The notes under the pieces were generated by a model that did not search any database, was not told the origin of the DNA, and saw only the letters and a list, made by a program, of their open reading frames with translations. The translations under genes were made by a program, and so were the position numbers. From assembly GCA_021776785.1 (NCBI GenBank), contig JAJFFF010000001.1:93403-157402 (forward strand): a stretch of 64,000 nucleotides of DNA, in the 5' to 3' direction. Source of the stretch: Planctomycetota bacterium. Its GTDB lineage: Bacteria > Planctomycetota > PLA2. Positions 55,989-64,000 of this stretch are shown here, one piece after another (position 1 is the stretch's first letter; every line of letters begins with the position of its first letter).

Positions 55989-56888
55989 CTACTTGTTGTG
56001 GAGTTCGTCCCAACCTTCGAGTGTGCGCGGCCAATCTTTTTTGAGCAGTTGGCTGAGCGCGCGATCCGCCAGCAGCTTGCCTCCGGTCTGACACGTGGCG
56101 CAGTAGTTCGTTTCGTTCTCGGCGTACACGATGCGCTGCACGGGCGACTCGCACTTGGGGCACGGCTTCTGATACTTGCCGTGGACCGCCATGTCGGGCC
56201 GAAAGGCTGTGACTTTGTCGGGGAACCCGTCCCCAACTTCCGCGCGAATCGCGGCGGTGAAGCGGGCCATCGTTTCCTTCGACTCTCGCCACAAACCGTC
56301 GATTTCAGCGTCGTCGAGACGCGACGTCCACTTCACGGGAGAAACTCCGGCGGCCCAACAGATTTCGTCCGCGTAGGCACCGCCGATTCCCGAGAAACGG
56401 CGTGGGTCGGTGAGCGCCCGTTTGAGCGTGCGGTTGGAAGACGTGAGCGCGGACCGAAACGCAGCGAACGAAGCCGACAAGAGGTCGATGCCGCCCGGGT
56501 CGTGCTCTGCTAGGGCCGCGGCGCCGACGACAAGGTGGAGGGATGCTTTCTTCTTGCGTCCCCTTTCCGTGAAGAGAAGCGCGCCGTGTGCGAAATCGAA
56601 GGCGCCGAGGCCGCCCTTCTTAGGGACGGCGCAGTCCACTTTGCGCCAGCGTAATCGTCCGGTGACCATGAGGTGGAACACGAGGAACAGTTCCTCGTCA
56701 AACTCAAGCACGAGCCGCTTGCCGATGCGCGCAATGCCGCGTACGGTTTGCCCGTGAATGCGAGTGAGCGGCGGGTCGAACGAGCGCACGACGAACGGAC
56801 TACGAATGCGTGCGCGCAACAACGTGTGGCCGACGACGTGACGTTCCAGCGCCTCGGCGTAAATCGTAATGTCGGGGAGTTCCGGCAC
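55989..56888 (-). CDS. Fpg/Nei-family DNA glycosylase / AP lyase, with a GTG start giving an N-terminal Met-Pro
   Basis: PELPDITIYAE at the N-terminus. Reading from the GTG at 56888 gives M-P-E-L-P with the catalytic Pro2. C-terminal zinc finger CPKCESPVQ...CATCQ. Confidence 0.7.
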   Translation of the reverse strand: MPELPDITIYAEALERHVVGHTLLRARIRSPFVVRSFDPPLTRIHGQTVRGIARIGKRLVLEFDEELFLVFHLMVTGRLRWRKVDCAVPKKGGLGAFDFAHGALLFTERGRKKKASLHLVVGAAALAEHDPGGIDLLSASFAAFRSALTSSNRTLKRALTDPRRFSGIGGAYADEICWAAGVSPVKWTSRLDDAEIDGLWRESKETMARFTAAIRAEVGDGFPDKVTAFRPDMAVHGKYQKPCPKCESPVQRIVYAENETNYCATCQTGGKLLADRALSQLLKKDWPRTLEGWDELHNK

Positions 56889-56903
56889 GGCGTCGATCAT
56901 AGA

Positions 56904-58628
56904 ATGCTTTGGATGCGTGTGGTGTTCGTGATCTTTGTGGCGTCCATTTTCGCGCGCGCGGATACGGTCGTCGTAACGGTTCCTGGGGATCCGAGCCGCG
57001 GCCGCGTAACGCTGGATGGGCGAGAACGCGACTGGGCGGTGAAGGCCGGGCAATTGACGATGACCGCGCGCGGGGACCGGCGCGCCATTTCGATCCGGGA
57101 AGGTGAGCCCTTCGCAGTCGGGAGCACAACGTTTGTGGTCCGGCGCCGCGCGAATCGACTCGTGTTTGCTCCGCACGAGGGGGTCGTCACGGACCGCGCG
57201 TGGAGCGAGTCGCTTGCGGCGGCGCGACGTGTGCGCGTAGCCAAGGACGCACCGCCTCCGGTCGTCGTGCGCCGTGCTGCGCGGGAAGCCGCGCGGCGAT
57301 TGGCGTGCGAGTCGAATCCAGAAGACATCGAACACGCGTTGCTCCTCGGCCTTGCCGCCGGCAGTTGGAGCGATCCCGAGTTCTTAGGGCGGCTCGGTCG
57401 ACTGCGAGCGGCGCCCGCGATTGCGAAACTCCGGCGGTGGCTGGAGCACGAACAGGCCGAAGTCCGTCGCGCCGCGGCACGGGTGCTGGCGGCGATTCCG
57501 GGGGGCGTGTCCGACGCGCTCCTGTATCGAGCGGCCGCACGCGAGAAAGACGAGGCGACGCGCACGGTCCTGCGTGACGTGACCACGAATCGCGTGGACC
57601 CTGCGCGCCTCGCCGCCCTCCGCGCGACCGCGATGCGCGGCGATCTCGACAAGCGCCGGCGCGCCGCCTCGGCACTCGGCCAATTCGCACGCCGTCATCC
57701 GGCCGCGCGCGACATCGTCGGCGAGCTCCTCCGACGCCGGGACGAGGCGACCGCGATCTTGCTTTTGGACACGGTTCGCGCGTCGCGGGATCACGCGTGG
57801 CCGCCGCTTCTCGCGCCCGCGTTGCGACACGCCGACTGGCGCGTCCGCGTCGCCGCGATTGAAGCGTGTGCGCGCGTGCGTGTGCTCGGGTCGATCCGCC
57901 TGCTCGTCGAGCGCGTTACCCGGGAAAAGGGTGCGACCGTGCGACGTGCGCTCGGGCGCGCGCTCCACACGCTCACCCATCTGCAACTCGGCACGCACAA
58001 GAAACTCTGGAAGAAGTGGTGGGCCGAACGCGGCGACGGATTCCTCGTGCCCGCCTCACCGCCATCCCAAAAGGTCGCTCCCAAAGACGGCGCACGACGC
58101 ACGGTCGCACGCTTTTTTGGGGTGGCGATCGAGGGGCGGCATGTCGTGTTCGTTGTCGATCGATCCGCGTCGATGATGAGTCCAAGCCCGGGCGGCGGCT
58201 CGCGCTGGGACCGCGCCCTCAAGGAGATGCGGATCGCCATCGAGGCGATGGACGCCAAGACAAGCGTCAACGTCGTGTTGTTTTCCAGTGATGTATGGGT
58301 GTGGAGAAAAACCCCGGTCCGCGCGTCCTCCGGGATGTGGCGGCGGCTCGCGCCGGAACTCGCCAAACGCGGGCCACGGGGCGGAACGTGGCTGTTTGAC
58401 GGACTCAAGGCGGCGTTGCAATTGGAGGGCGTCGAGGCGATATATCTTCTGTCCGACGGCGAGCCGAGCGGCGGCCGGTTTACGCAGGCCGATCGCATTC
58501 TCGAGGAGTTGCGGACGCTCAACCAGATCCGCCGCGCGCAAATCCACTGCGTCGCGGTGGGCCTGAAGTCCAAGCTCTTGCGCGAACTCGCGGCCGGGAC
58601 CGGCGGCACGTACACCGAGAAAAGATAG
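56904..58628 (+). CDS. exported protein with an N-terminal beta-domain, HEAT-like repeats and a C-terminal von Willebrand factor A (vWA) domain
   Basis: Signal peptide MLWMRVVFVIFVASIFARA. HEAT-like helices (EVRRAAARVLAAIPG, DWRVRVAAIEACARV). vWA MIDAS motif VVFVVDRSASMM with LSDGEPSGG. Confidence 0.6.
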   Translation: MLWMRVVFVIFVASIFARADTVVVTVPGDPSRGRVTLDGRERDWAVKAGQLTMTARGDRRAISIREGEPFAVGSTTFVVRRRANRLVFAPHEGVVTDRAWSESLAAARRVRVAKDAPPPVVVRRAAREAARRLACESNPEDIEHALLLGLAAGSWSDPEFLGRLGRLRAAPAIAKLRRWLEHEQAEVRRAAARVLAAIPGGVSDALLYRAAAREKDEATRTVLRDVTTNRVDPARLAALRATAMRGDLDKRRRAASALGQFARRHPAARDIVGELLRRRDEATAILLLDTVRASRDHAWPPLLAPALRHADWRVRVAAIEACARVRVLGSIRLLVERVTREKGATVRRALGRALHTLTHLQLGTHKKLWKKWWAERGDGFLVPASPPSQKVAPKDGARRTVARFFGVAIEGRHVVFVVDRSASMMSPSPGGGSRWDRALKEMRIAIEAMDAKTSVNVVLFSSDVWVWRKTPVRASSGMWRRLAPELAKRGPRGGTWLFDGLKAALQLEGVEAIYLLSDGEPSGGRFTQADRILEELRTLNQIRRAQIHCVAVGLKSKLLRELAAGTGGTYTEKR

Positions 58629-58686
58629 CCCCGCGCGACTTCTCAGGCGCGCCTTTAAAGCGAGCGCAACCGCTTACACTCGCGGC

Positions 58687-59541
58687 ATGGATATCTCGAA
58701 GGTTGCCGTTCTCGGCGCCGGCACGATGGGCGCCGGCATTGCTCAGGTTTGTGCGCAGGTCGGGTGCTCGGTCACGCTGTTTGATATCGACGACGCGAGC
58801 GCGGAGCGCGGGCTTGCGGGCATCGACCGGTTCCTCGCCAAGGGCGTCGCGCGCGGCAAGGTCACCGAAGAAGTCAAAGCGGAGACGTTGGCTCGCATCG
58901 CGGCCAGCTCCGACCAAGATGCCGCGGTCACCGGCGTTGACTTGGTGATCGAAGCGGCGCCCGAAAGCCTCAAGCTGAAACGCGAGATCTTTACGCGCGT
59001 CGCCGCCAAGGCACCCGCCCACGCGATTCTGGCCACGAACACGTCGTCTTTGCCGATCTCGCAGATCGCGGAAGGAAACGACGCGGCCGGACGCATCGTC
59101 GGCATGCACTTTTTCAACCCGGTACCCCTGATGAAATTGCTCGAGTTGGTTGTGGGCAACGAGACCGCGCCCGCCACGACCGACGCCGTGCGCGCGTTTG
59201 GCATGCGCCTCGGCAAAGAAGTGATCACCGTCCGGGACGCGCCCGGATTCGCCTCGTCGCGGTTGGGCATTTGCATCGCCATGGAAGCCATCCGCATGGT
59301 CGAAGAAGGAGTCGCCTCGCCCGAGGACATCGACCGCGCCATGATCTTTGGCTACGGCCACCCGATGGGGCCCCTCAAGCTGACGGACCTGGTTGGGTGC
59401 GATGTCCGGCTCGCCATCGCGGATCATCTCGCGGACTCGCTTGATGCGCCGCACTTCACACCCCCGGCGCTGTTGCGTCAAATGGTCGCGGACGGACGTC
59501 TCGGCAAGAAAAGCGGCCAGGGTTTTTACAGCTGGGAGTAG
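58687..59541 (+). CDS. hbd: 3-hydroxyacyl-CoA (3-hydroxybutyryl-CoA) dehydrogenase
   Basis: N-terminal NAD-binding VAVLGAGTMGAGIAQV. Central TNTSSL and C-terminal GYGHPMGPLKLTDLVG are typical of Hbd/FadB. Confidence 0.85.
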   Translation: MDISKVAVLGAGTMGAGIAQVCAQVGCSVTLFDIDDASAERGLAGIDRFLAKGVARGKVTEEVKAETLARIAASSDQDAAVTGVDLVIEAAPESLKLKREIFTRVAAKAPAHAILATNTSSLPISQIAEGNDAAGRIVGMHFFNPVPLMKLLELVVGNETAPATTDAVRAFGMRLGKEVITVRDAPGFASSRLGICIAMEAIRMVEEGVASPEDIDRAMIFGYGHPMGPLKLTDLVGCDVRLAIADHLADSLDAPHFTPPALLRQMVADGRLGKKSGQGFYSWE

Positions 59542-59710
59542 CGCGTTTCGGGCCCGTTGGCATGAACCAAGTGTTGAGCCCGTCGAATCATGGATCCCCC
59601 TTTGGGGCCGGCGGCGATCAGCCGACCTATGGGGTAGGTAAGAGCAGCCGTCGTTGCTCCGGCGGTGCGCGTATGTCCCCACCGAACTGGACCGGAGGTC
59701 CCCAGATTTC

Positions 59711-60724
59711 ATGAGCGATTCCCGTTTGCAACAAAAGATTCGCGAGACGAAACAGATCGCGGACGATGCGGGCCTCGATCTCGAGCACGCGCCGTTGCTC
59801 GCGACGTTTGAAATGCCGATCTGGGGCTCGGCGCTGGCAACGCGTGATATCGCAGCGGTCGCGCGCGAACCCGGTGTGGCGGTGGCGGTCGTGTCCACCG
59901 AGCCATTGCCCGATGTGCGGCGAGCCGCAGCAGGCGCGCCGAACCTGCACGTCATCGCCGAGCGCGGACTTGTCGTCGGCATGACCGGCGGGGCATGCGT
60001 GCACGTCTATCCGCATTCCGTCGCGGAGATGGAAGCATTCGCCGTGGCGTTGTTTGCCGGCGCTGCACCGGATCACCTGGCGGTGGCGCTCAACGCCTAC
60101 GTGTCGAGTGGGCGGCAAGAAGTTGCGTTTGAAACCACTGACTTGCGGCGACCTTGTACCGCGCGCGAACTCATGCACGCCGTGCGCGAGCACGGCGGAA
60201 CCGCGGGGTTCGCCGGCGAAGGCGAAGAGGAAGCGATTGTGGTCGCGGCGATGCCGGACGAGTTGGAGTCGGTGCGCGCCGCGCTTGCCGACGAGCTCTT
60301 CGGAGCGGCCGTGCGCGTGGCCCGTTTGCCTTCGGGTCGCTTCCGGTTTGCGCCGGAAGTAATCGGGCGCCCCGTGGACCCCGAACGGCTACGCATCATC
60401 GCGCAAGAGATTGCGATTTCCTGCGATCGACTCTTGGAGACACGCGGTTCCGAGATCTGCGGATTCGTCACCGAGCCCGTCGCTCGTTGGCAATATGGGC
60501 CCGAACACGGCGCGCGATTTCTAGCAAGCGAACTGTTCTCCGCGCCCGACACGGTCCTGACCCAACTCGGCCTTCACCCGTTCCACGGCGAAGGGACCAT
60601 GTTCTTTGCGTACGAGGGCTCGGAGACGGTTTGGGAAGCGTGGAACAAAGGCATCTCGTGCGTGACCGTGCGAGATATCAGCGAGTATGCGCGCATCCTT
60701 AGCGCCGTTCGGCGAGGAGAGTGA
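59711..60724 (+). CDS. hypothetical protein
   Basis: 337 aa. The ATG at 59711 has GGAGG 12 nt upstream. No recognisable motif. Confidence 0.4.
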   Translation: MSDSRLQQKIRETKQIADDAGLDLEHAPLLATFEMPIWGSALATRDIAAVAREPGVAVAVVSTEPLPDVRRAAAGAPNLHVIAERGLVVGMTGGACVHVYPHSVAEMEAFAVALFAGAAPDHLAVALNAYVSSGRQEVAFETTDLRRPCTARELMHAVREHGGTAGFAGEGEEEAIVVAAMPDELESVRAALADELFGAAVRVARLPSGRFRFAPEVIGRPVDPERLRIIAQEIAISCDRLLETRGSEICGFVTEPVARWQYGPEHGARFLASELFSAPDTVLTQLGLHPFHGEGTMFFAYEGSETVWEAWNKGISCVTVRDISEYARILSAVRRGE

Positions 60725-60725
60725 G

Positions 60726-61124
60726 ATGGGAGTTCGGCTTGTCAATCCGGAGGGGCTTGCTCCTCCCGTCGGATACGCCCACGCGGCGGTCGGCTCGGGA
60801 AAGCCCGTTGTGCTCGCCGGTCAAATCGGCTGCGACGCGACGGGGCGTGTGACGGCGCCCGGTGATCTCGTGGCGCAGTTCGCGCTGGCACTCGACAACT
60901 TGCTCGTGGCGTTGCGCGCATGCGGCGGCCGCGCCGAGGACTTGGCGCAGCTTCGCTTGTTCGTGACCGACGTGCCCGCCTATCGCGACAACCTCGCGGC
61001 GTTGGGTCACGCCTACCGCGAGCGGCTTGGTCGTCACTACCCGGCCATGGCATTGCTCGGCATCGACGAGCTGTTCGAGAGCGACGCCATGATCGAGATC
61101 GAAGGACTCGCGTATGTCGATTGA
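60726..61124 (+). CDS. RidA/YjgF-family reactive-intermediate deaminase-like protein
   Basis: ~130 aa with a chorismate-mutase-like fold signature (KPVVLAGQIG...RLFVTDV..MALLGIDELFESDAMIEIEGLA). Confidence 0.65.
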   Translation: MGVRLVNPEGLAPPVGYAHAAVGSGKPVVLAGQIGCDATGRVTAPGDLVAQFALALDNLLVALRACGGRAEDLAQLRLFVTDVPAYRDNLAALGHAYRERLGRHYPAMALLGIDELFESDAMIEIEGLAYVD

Positions 61125-62913
61125 TCGGATCCAAGGCACAGACGGTATCCGTCGACCGGTTCTCGCATCCAGCGACGAACGTGTCGCCGACATGACCCCG
61201 CAGCAAGCGTTCTTGGAGTGCGGCGTCATCACCGAACAGTTTTGCGAGCTGTACACGTATGCCTACGTGACGGGCTTGCAGAGTCCGGGCGAGATCGTTA
61301 TCGGATGGGATCCTCGCGACCCAAACGGCCTGTACACCGATGCCGCGATTCGTGGCATTCGGCGCGCGGGAGCGACGGCCGTGCGTATCGGCATCACGCC
61401 GACGCCGGGCGTTGCTCTCTATCAGGTGTGGCGCGGCGCGACTGCGGCGTTCATGGTGACGGCGAGCCACAACTTTCGCAGCCAAAACGGGATCAAGATC
61501 TTTTATGGTCCGCATGCGCTCAAGCTGTTTCCCGATGACGACCGCGCGCTGACCAAACGCGTGTTGGGTTTGGACTACAAAAACGACGTTCTCACGCAGT
61601 CCGAGTCCGGCGGTTTGGTCGACGCGCAGGACGAAGCGCACGACGTGTTTCGCCGCTTTCACATGGACGTCGGCAACAGCTGGCTGCCTGAGGGCGAATC
61701 GCTCGGGGACTTCCCGCTCATCATCGACGCGGCCAACGGCGCCATGTCCGGGTTGGCCGCCGATGTGTTCGGCAAGCTCCACGGCGGCGACGTTTTGGAG
61801 CTCAACAACGACACGGCGAGCGGAGACGTCAATCGTCACAGCGGTGTGGCGGACCTGGAGGGCGTCGCGGAGATCACGCGCGATATGTTGCAGTTCGCAG
61901 ACCACGCGGCCGTGCAGCAATTGTTTGTGCGCGGTGGCAAAGCGGCCGTCTTCGATGCTGACGGCGATCGATTTTTTCGCCTCGACCACGACCCGGACAC
62001 CGACACCATCCTTGTGTTGTCCGGCGATGAGACGGCCGTGCACCAAGCGCGCCATCTCGCACCGCCGAAACCGGGCACGCTCTACATCAATACCGTCGAG
62101 AGCGATCTCAACGCCGCGCGTGCGGGTGGGGAGCTCGGCTACACGCCGGTCCTGACCGGCGTCGGGGACAAGTGGGTGTTGCGCCAGGCCGCGGACTCAC
62201 CCGAGATCTACGGCATCGGCAGCGAAGAAACGGGCCACAACATCTCGCGCGGGCGCGTCACGCGGCGTGACGGCGAAACCGTCGATGTGTTCTTGGGCAA
62301 CGGCCTCAAGAGTGCGCTGAACACGTTTGTCGCAACACGCGGTCTCTCGCCGCGCGAAGCGCACCGGCCGTTCCCGCCCGGCTTCAAACGCACGTTCTAT
62401 GTGTACTACACGACCAAGGAGCTCTTCGCGAAAGGAAGCGAAGCGTTTTCCGGCGTCGGTGCGATCATCGAAGAAAAATGCACGCTTGGTCCGACGGTTC
62501 CGCAAGGGCGGCCCGAAGAACCGGACATGTTGTACTTGGCCGTGCGCGACGACGAAGGTCGCCAGCGCGCGGGCGTGTTCGTTCGCAACTCGGGGACGGA
62601 AGAGAAAACAGGCGTGAACGTGCGCGGTGATCGCAAGGATGCCGGCGCGTTGATTGCCGTCGGTGAGGCGGCGGTCCTGTACTTGGCCCGCACGCTCAAG
62701 GATTGGGATCATCCCATGGCGCAAGCGGAGAAGGCCGTGCTCGAGGCGCTCGAACACGGCCCGCTGGCCGCCGACGCGCTCCCGATACCGGACGGCGTTC
62801 ATGCCGAGCGGCTTTTGGAAGAGCTCGCGAACAAAGAAAAGGTCATCGCCAAATGCGCGCAAGGGTACGAGCGCACACCGTTTGGCGCGCGCATGCTGGA
62901 GGCGTGGAAATGA
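61114..62913 (+). CDS. alpha-D-phosphohexomutase-superfamily protein (divergent; active-site TASHNF; extended C-terminus)
   Basis: GTDGIRR, the active-site serine loop TASHNFRSQNGIK, metal loop FDADGDRFF, sugar loop GSEETGH and phosphate loop RNSGTEEK. Confidence 0.65.
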   Translation: MSIDRIQGTDGIRRPVLASSDERVADMTPQQAFLECGVITEQFCELYTYAYVTGLQSPGEIVIGWDPRDPNGLYTDAAIRGIRRAGATAVRIGITPTPGVALYQVWRGATAAFMVTASHNFRSQNGIKIFYGPHALKLFPDDDRALTKRVLGLDYKNDVLTQSESGGLVDAQDEAHDVFRRFHMDVGNSWLPEGESLGDFPLIIDAANGAMSGLAADVFGKLHGGDVLELNNDTASGDVNRHSGVADLEGVAEITRDMLQFADHAAVQQLFVRGGKAAVFDADGDRFFRLDHDPDTDTILVLSGDETAVHQARHLAPPKPGTLYINTVESDLNAARAGGELGYTPVLTGVGDKWVLRQAADSPEIYGIGSEETGHNISRGRVTRRDGETVDVFLGNGLKSALNTFVATRGLSPREAHRPFPPGFKRTFYVYYTTKELFAKGSEAFSGVGAIIEEKCTLGPTVPQGRPEEPDMLYLAVRDDEGRQRAGVFVRNSGTEEKTGVNVRGDRKDAGALIAVGEAAVLYLARTLKDWDHPMAQAEKAVLEALEHGPLAADALPIPDGVHAERLLEELANKEKVIAKCAQGYERTPFGARMLEAWK

Positions 62914-63593
62914 GCAAGTTCACTCCCGAAGACTTCTTCGATCTGACGACGTTCGCGCACCGCGACATTTTCTTGGACTGCCCGGAAGTGTGGGACGTCC
63001 TGCGCAAGGTGCAAGCCTACGTTTTGCAAAAGTTGCGTCCCGATGTCATGGGCACAGTCGAGAAGGGGGCGTTCGTTGCGCCCAACGTGTTTCTCGGATC
63101 GGGCACGGTTGTCGAGTCGTTCGCCTATGTGCGTGGGCCGGCGATCATCGGTTCGAACTGCCACATCCGAAGCGGCGCGTACATTCGCGGTGACGTCTTG
63201 ATCGGCGACAACTGCATCGTGGGCAACTCGACCGAACTTAAGAACACGATCATGTTGAACGGCGCCGCGGCTCCGCACTACAACTATTGCGGCGATAGCG
63301 TGCTCGGCAACAACGTGAATTTGGGTGCGGGCACGAAGCTCTCGAACTACAAGATTGCGACCGACAAAAACGTTCATCTGCGTGACGGCGCTCATGTGAT
63401 CGACACCGGCCTCGAAAAATTCGGCGCGATCTTGGGCGACAACGCCACAACGGGCTGCAACTCCGTGCTCAACCCGGGCACGGTGCTCGGGCGCAACGTG
63501 ATGGTGTACGCGTGCGCGGCGATCCGCGGCTACGTCCCGCACGACACGATCGTAAAACTCAAAGACGTTTTGAATCTCGTCCCCCGCACGTAG
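62910..63593 (+). CDS. left-handed beta-helix (hexapeptide-repeat) acyl/acetyltransferase
   Basis: Consecutive [LIV]GxxxxI hexapeptide repeats (IGSNCHIRSGAYIRGDVLIGDNCIVGNSTEL...). Start ATGA overlaps the mutase stop. Confidence 0.65.
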   Translation: MSKFTPEDFFDLTTFAHRDIFLDCPEVWDVLRKVQAYVLQKLRPDVMGTVEKGAFVAPNVFLGSGTVVESFAYVRGPAIIGSNCHIRSGAYIRGDVLIGDNCIVGNSTELKNTIMLNGAAAPHYNYCGDSVLGNNVNLGAGTKLSNYKIATDKNVHLRDGAHVIDTGLEKFGAILGDNATTGCNSVLNPGTVLGRNVMVYACAAIRGYVPHDTIVKLKDVLNLVPRT

Positions 63594-63618
63594 CGCGTTG
63601 AAAGAGTACGATCCAGCG

Positions 63619-64000
63619 ATGCGCTTGCTGCTCGCCTTCATCGGCCTCACCACAGTTCTTTGGGCCAAGCCGGTTGTGATTCCGGCCTTTGTGGATCTCA
63701 AGAACAAGAAAGACCCCGTGAACGGGAAGCGCGCGTCGATGGGGCAGACCGCTCTGTGGCGCGGTTTGCAGATTCGATTCGCCACGGCGGAGAACGCGCG
63801 GGCGTTTGAAAAAACGCCGGGCAAGTTTCTGGGCAAACTCGGGCTCGCGTTTTTGAACCCGAAGAAGCCCGACGCGCTGAAGCTCGGCAATGCGCTTTGC
63901 CCGGTCACCGGGAAAAAGCCGGCGAAGTCGGTGCGCTGGGGCGGGCTCGTGATCGGCGTCCACGATGCCGCCGCCGCCGCGAAGTTCTCCAAGAATCCCG
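63619..64000 (+). CDS. exported hypothetical protein, 3'-truncated by the window edge
   Basis: ATG at 63619 gives MRLLLAFIGLTTVLWAKP, a signal peptide. The frame stays open to the window end. Confidence 0.35.
   Translation, partial: MRLLLAFIGLTTVLWAKPVVIPAFVDLKNKKDPVNGKRASMGQTALWRGLQIRFATAENARAFEKTPGKFLGKLGLAFLNPKKPDALKLGNALCPVTGKKPAKSVRWGGLVIGVHDAAAAAKFSKNP

Noticed and set aside
56673-56903. Upstream 77 codons of the 651-aa ORF
   Set aside because: They overlap the Fpg gene on the other strand. The signal peptide begins at the internal ATG at 56904, which was taken as the start.
56940-57120. Possible FHA domain at the N-terminus of the HEAT-vWA protein
   Set aside because: The segment has the GR...D spacing but lacks the SRxH and NGT signature residues, so it is called only as a beta-rich domain.

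Overview
High-GC (~65-70%) bacterial chromosomal segment. Genes are densely packed on both strands and often translationally coupled, with overlapping ATGA or TAGATG junctions. I found no rRNA, tRNA, CRISPR array, transposase or integrase. Recognisable housekeeping genes include gyrA, a class II B12-dependent ribonucleotide reductase (nrdJ), a flavin-dependent thymidylate synthase (thyX, long form), folE, queG, truD, clpS, an acyl carrier protein, a FabF-like ketoacyl synthase, Fpg/Nei, RidA and a PfkB kinase. Lineage is uncertain: clpS followed by an acidic hypothetical instead of clpA, together with many exported proteins and c-type cytochromes, hints at a non-proteobacterial phylum (possibly Gemmatimonadota, Acidobacteriota, Planctomycetota or an Actinobacteria-like group). 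There is an acyl-CoA metabolism set: three crotonase-family enzymes, a 3-hydroxyacyl-CoA dehydrogenase, a PaaN-like aldehyde dehydrogenase and an MDR-family oxidoreductase. Two multiheme c-type cytochromes are present, one with 8 CxxCH motifs plus a HEAT-repeat tail and one with 5 CxxCH motifs. Two ECF sigma / anti-sigma pairs are present. The window is unusually rich in large exported proteins of unknown function. The most notable are a lower-GC (~55%), lysine-rich tandem pair of secreted modular proteins at 6919-9888, a divergent pair of giant repeat proteins at 46367-51838, an active plus catalytically dead HtrA/Deg protease pair, and a secreted HEAT-vWA protein. Candidate novel systems are listed in the findings. 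All calls come from reading the six-frame translations and the DNA by eye; no searches were run.
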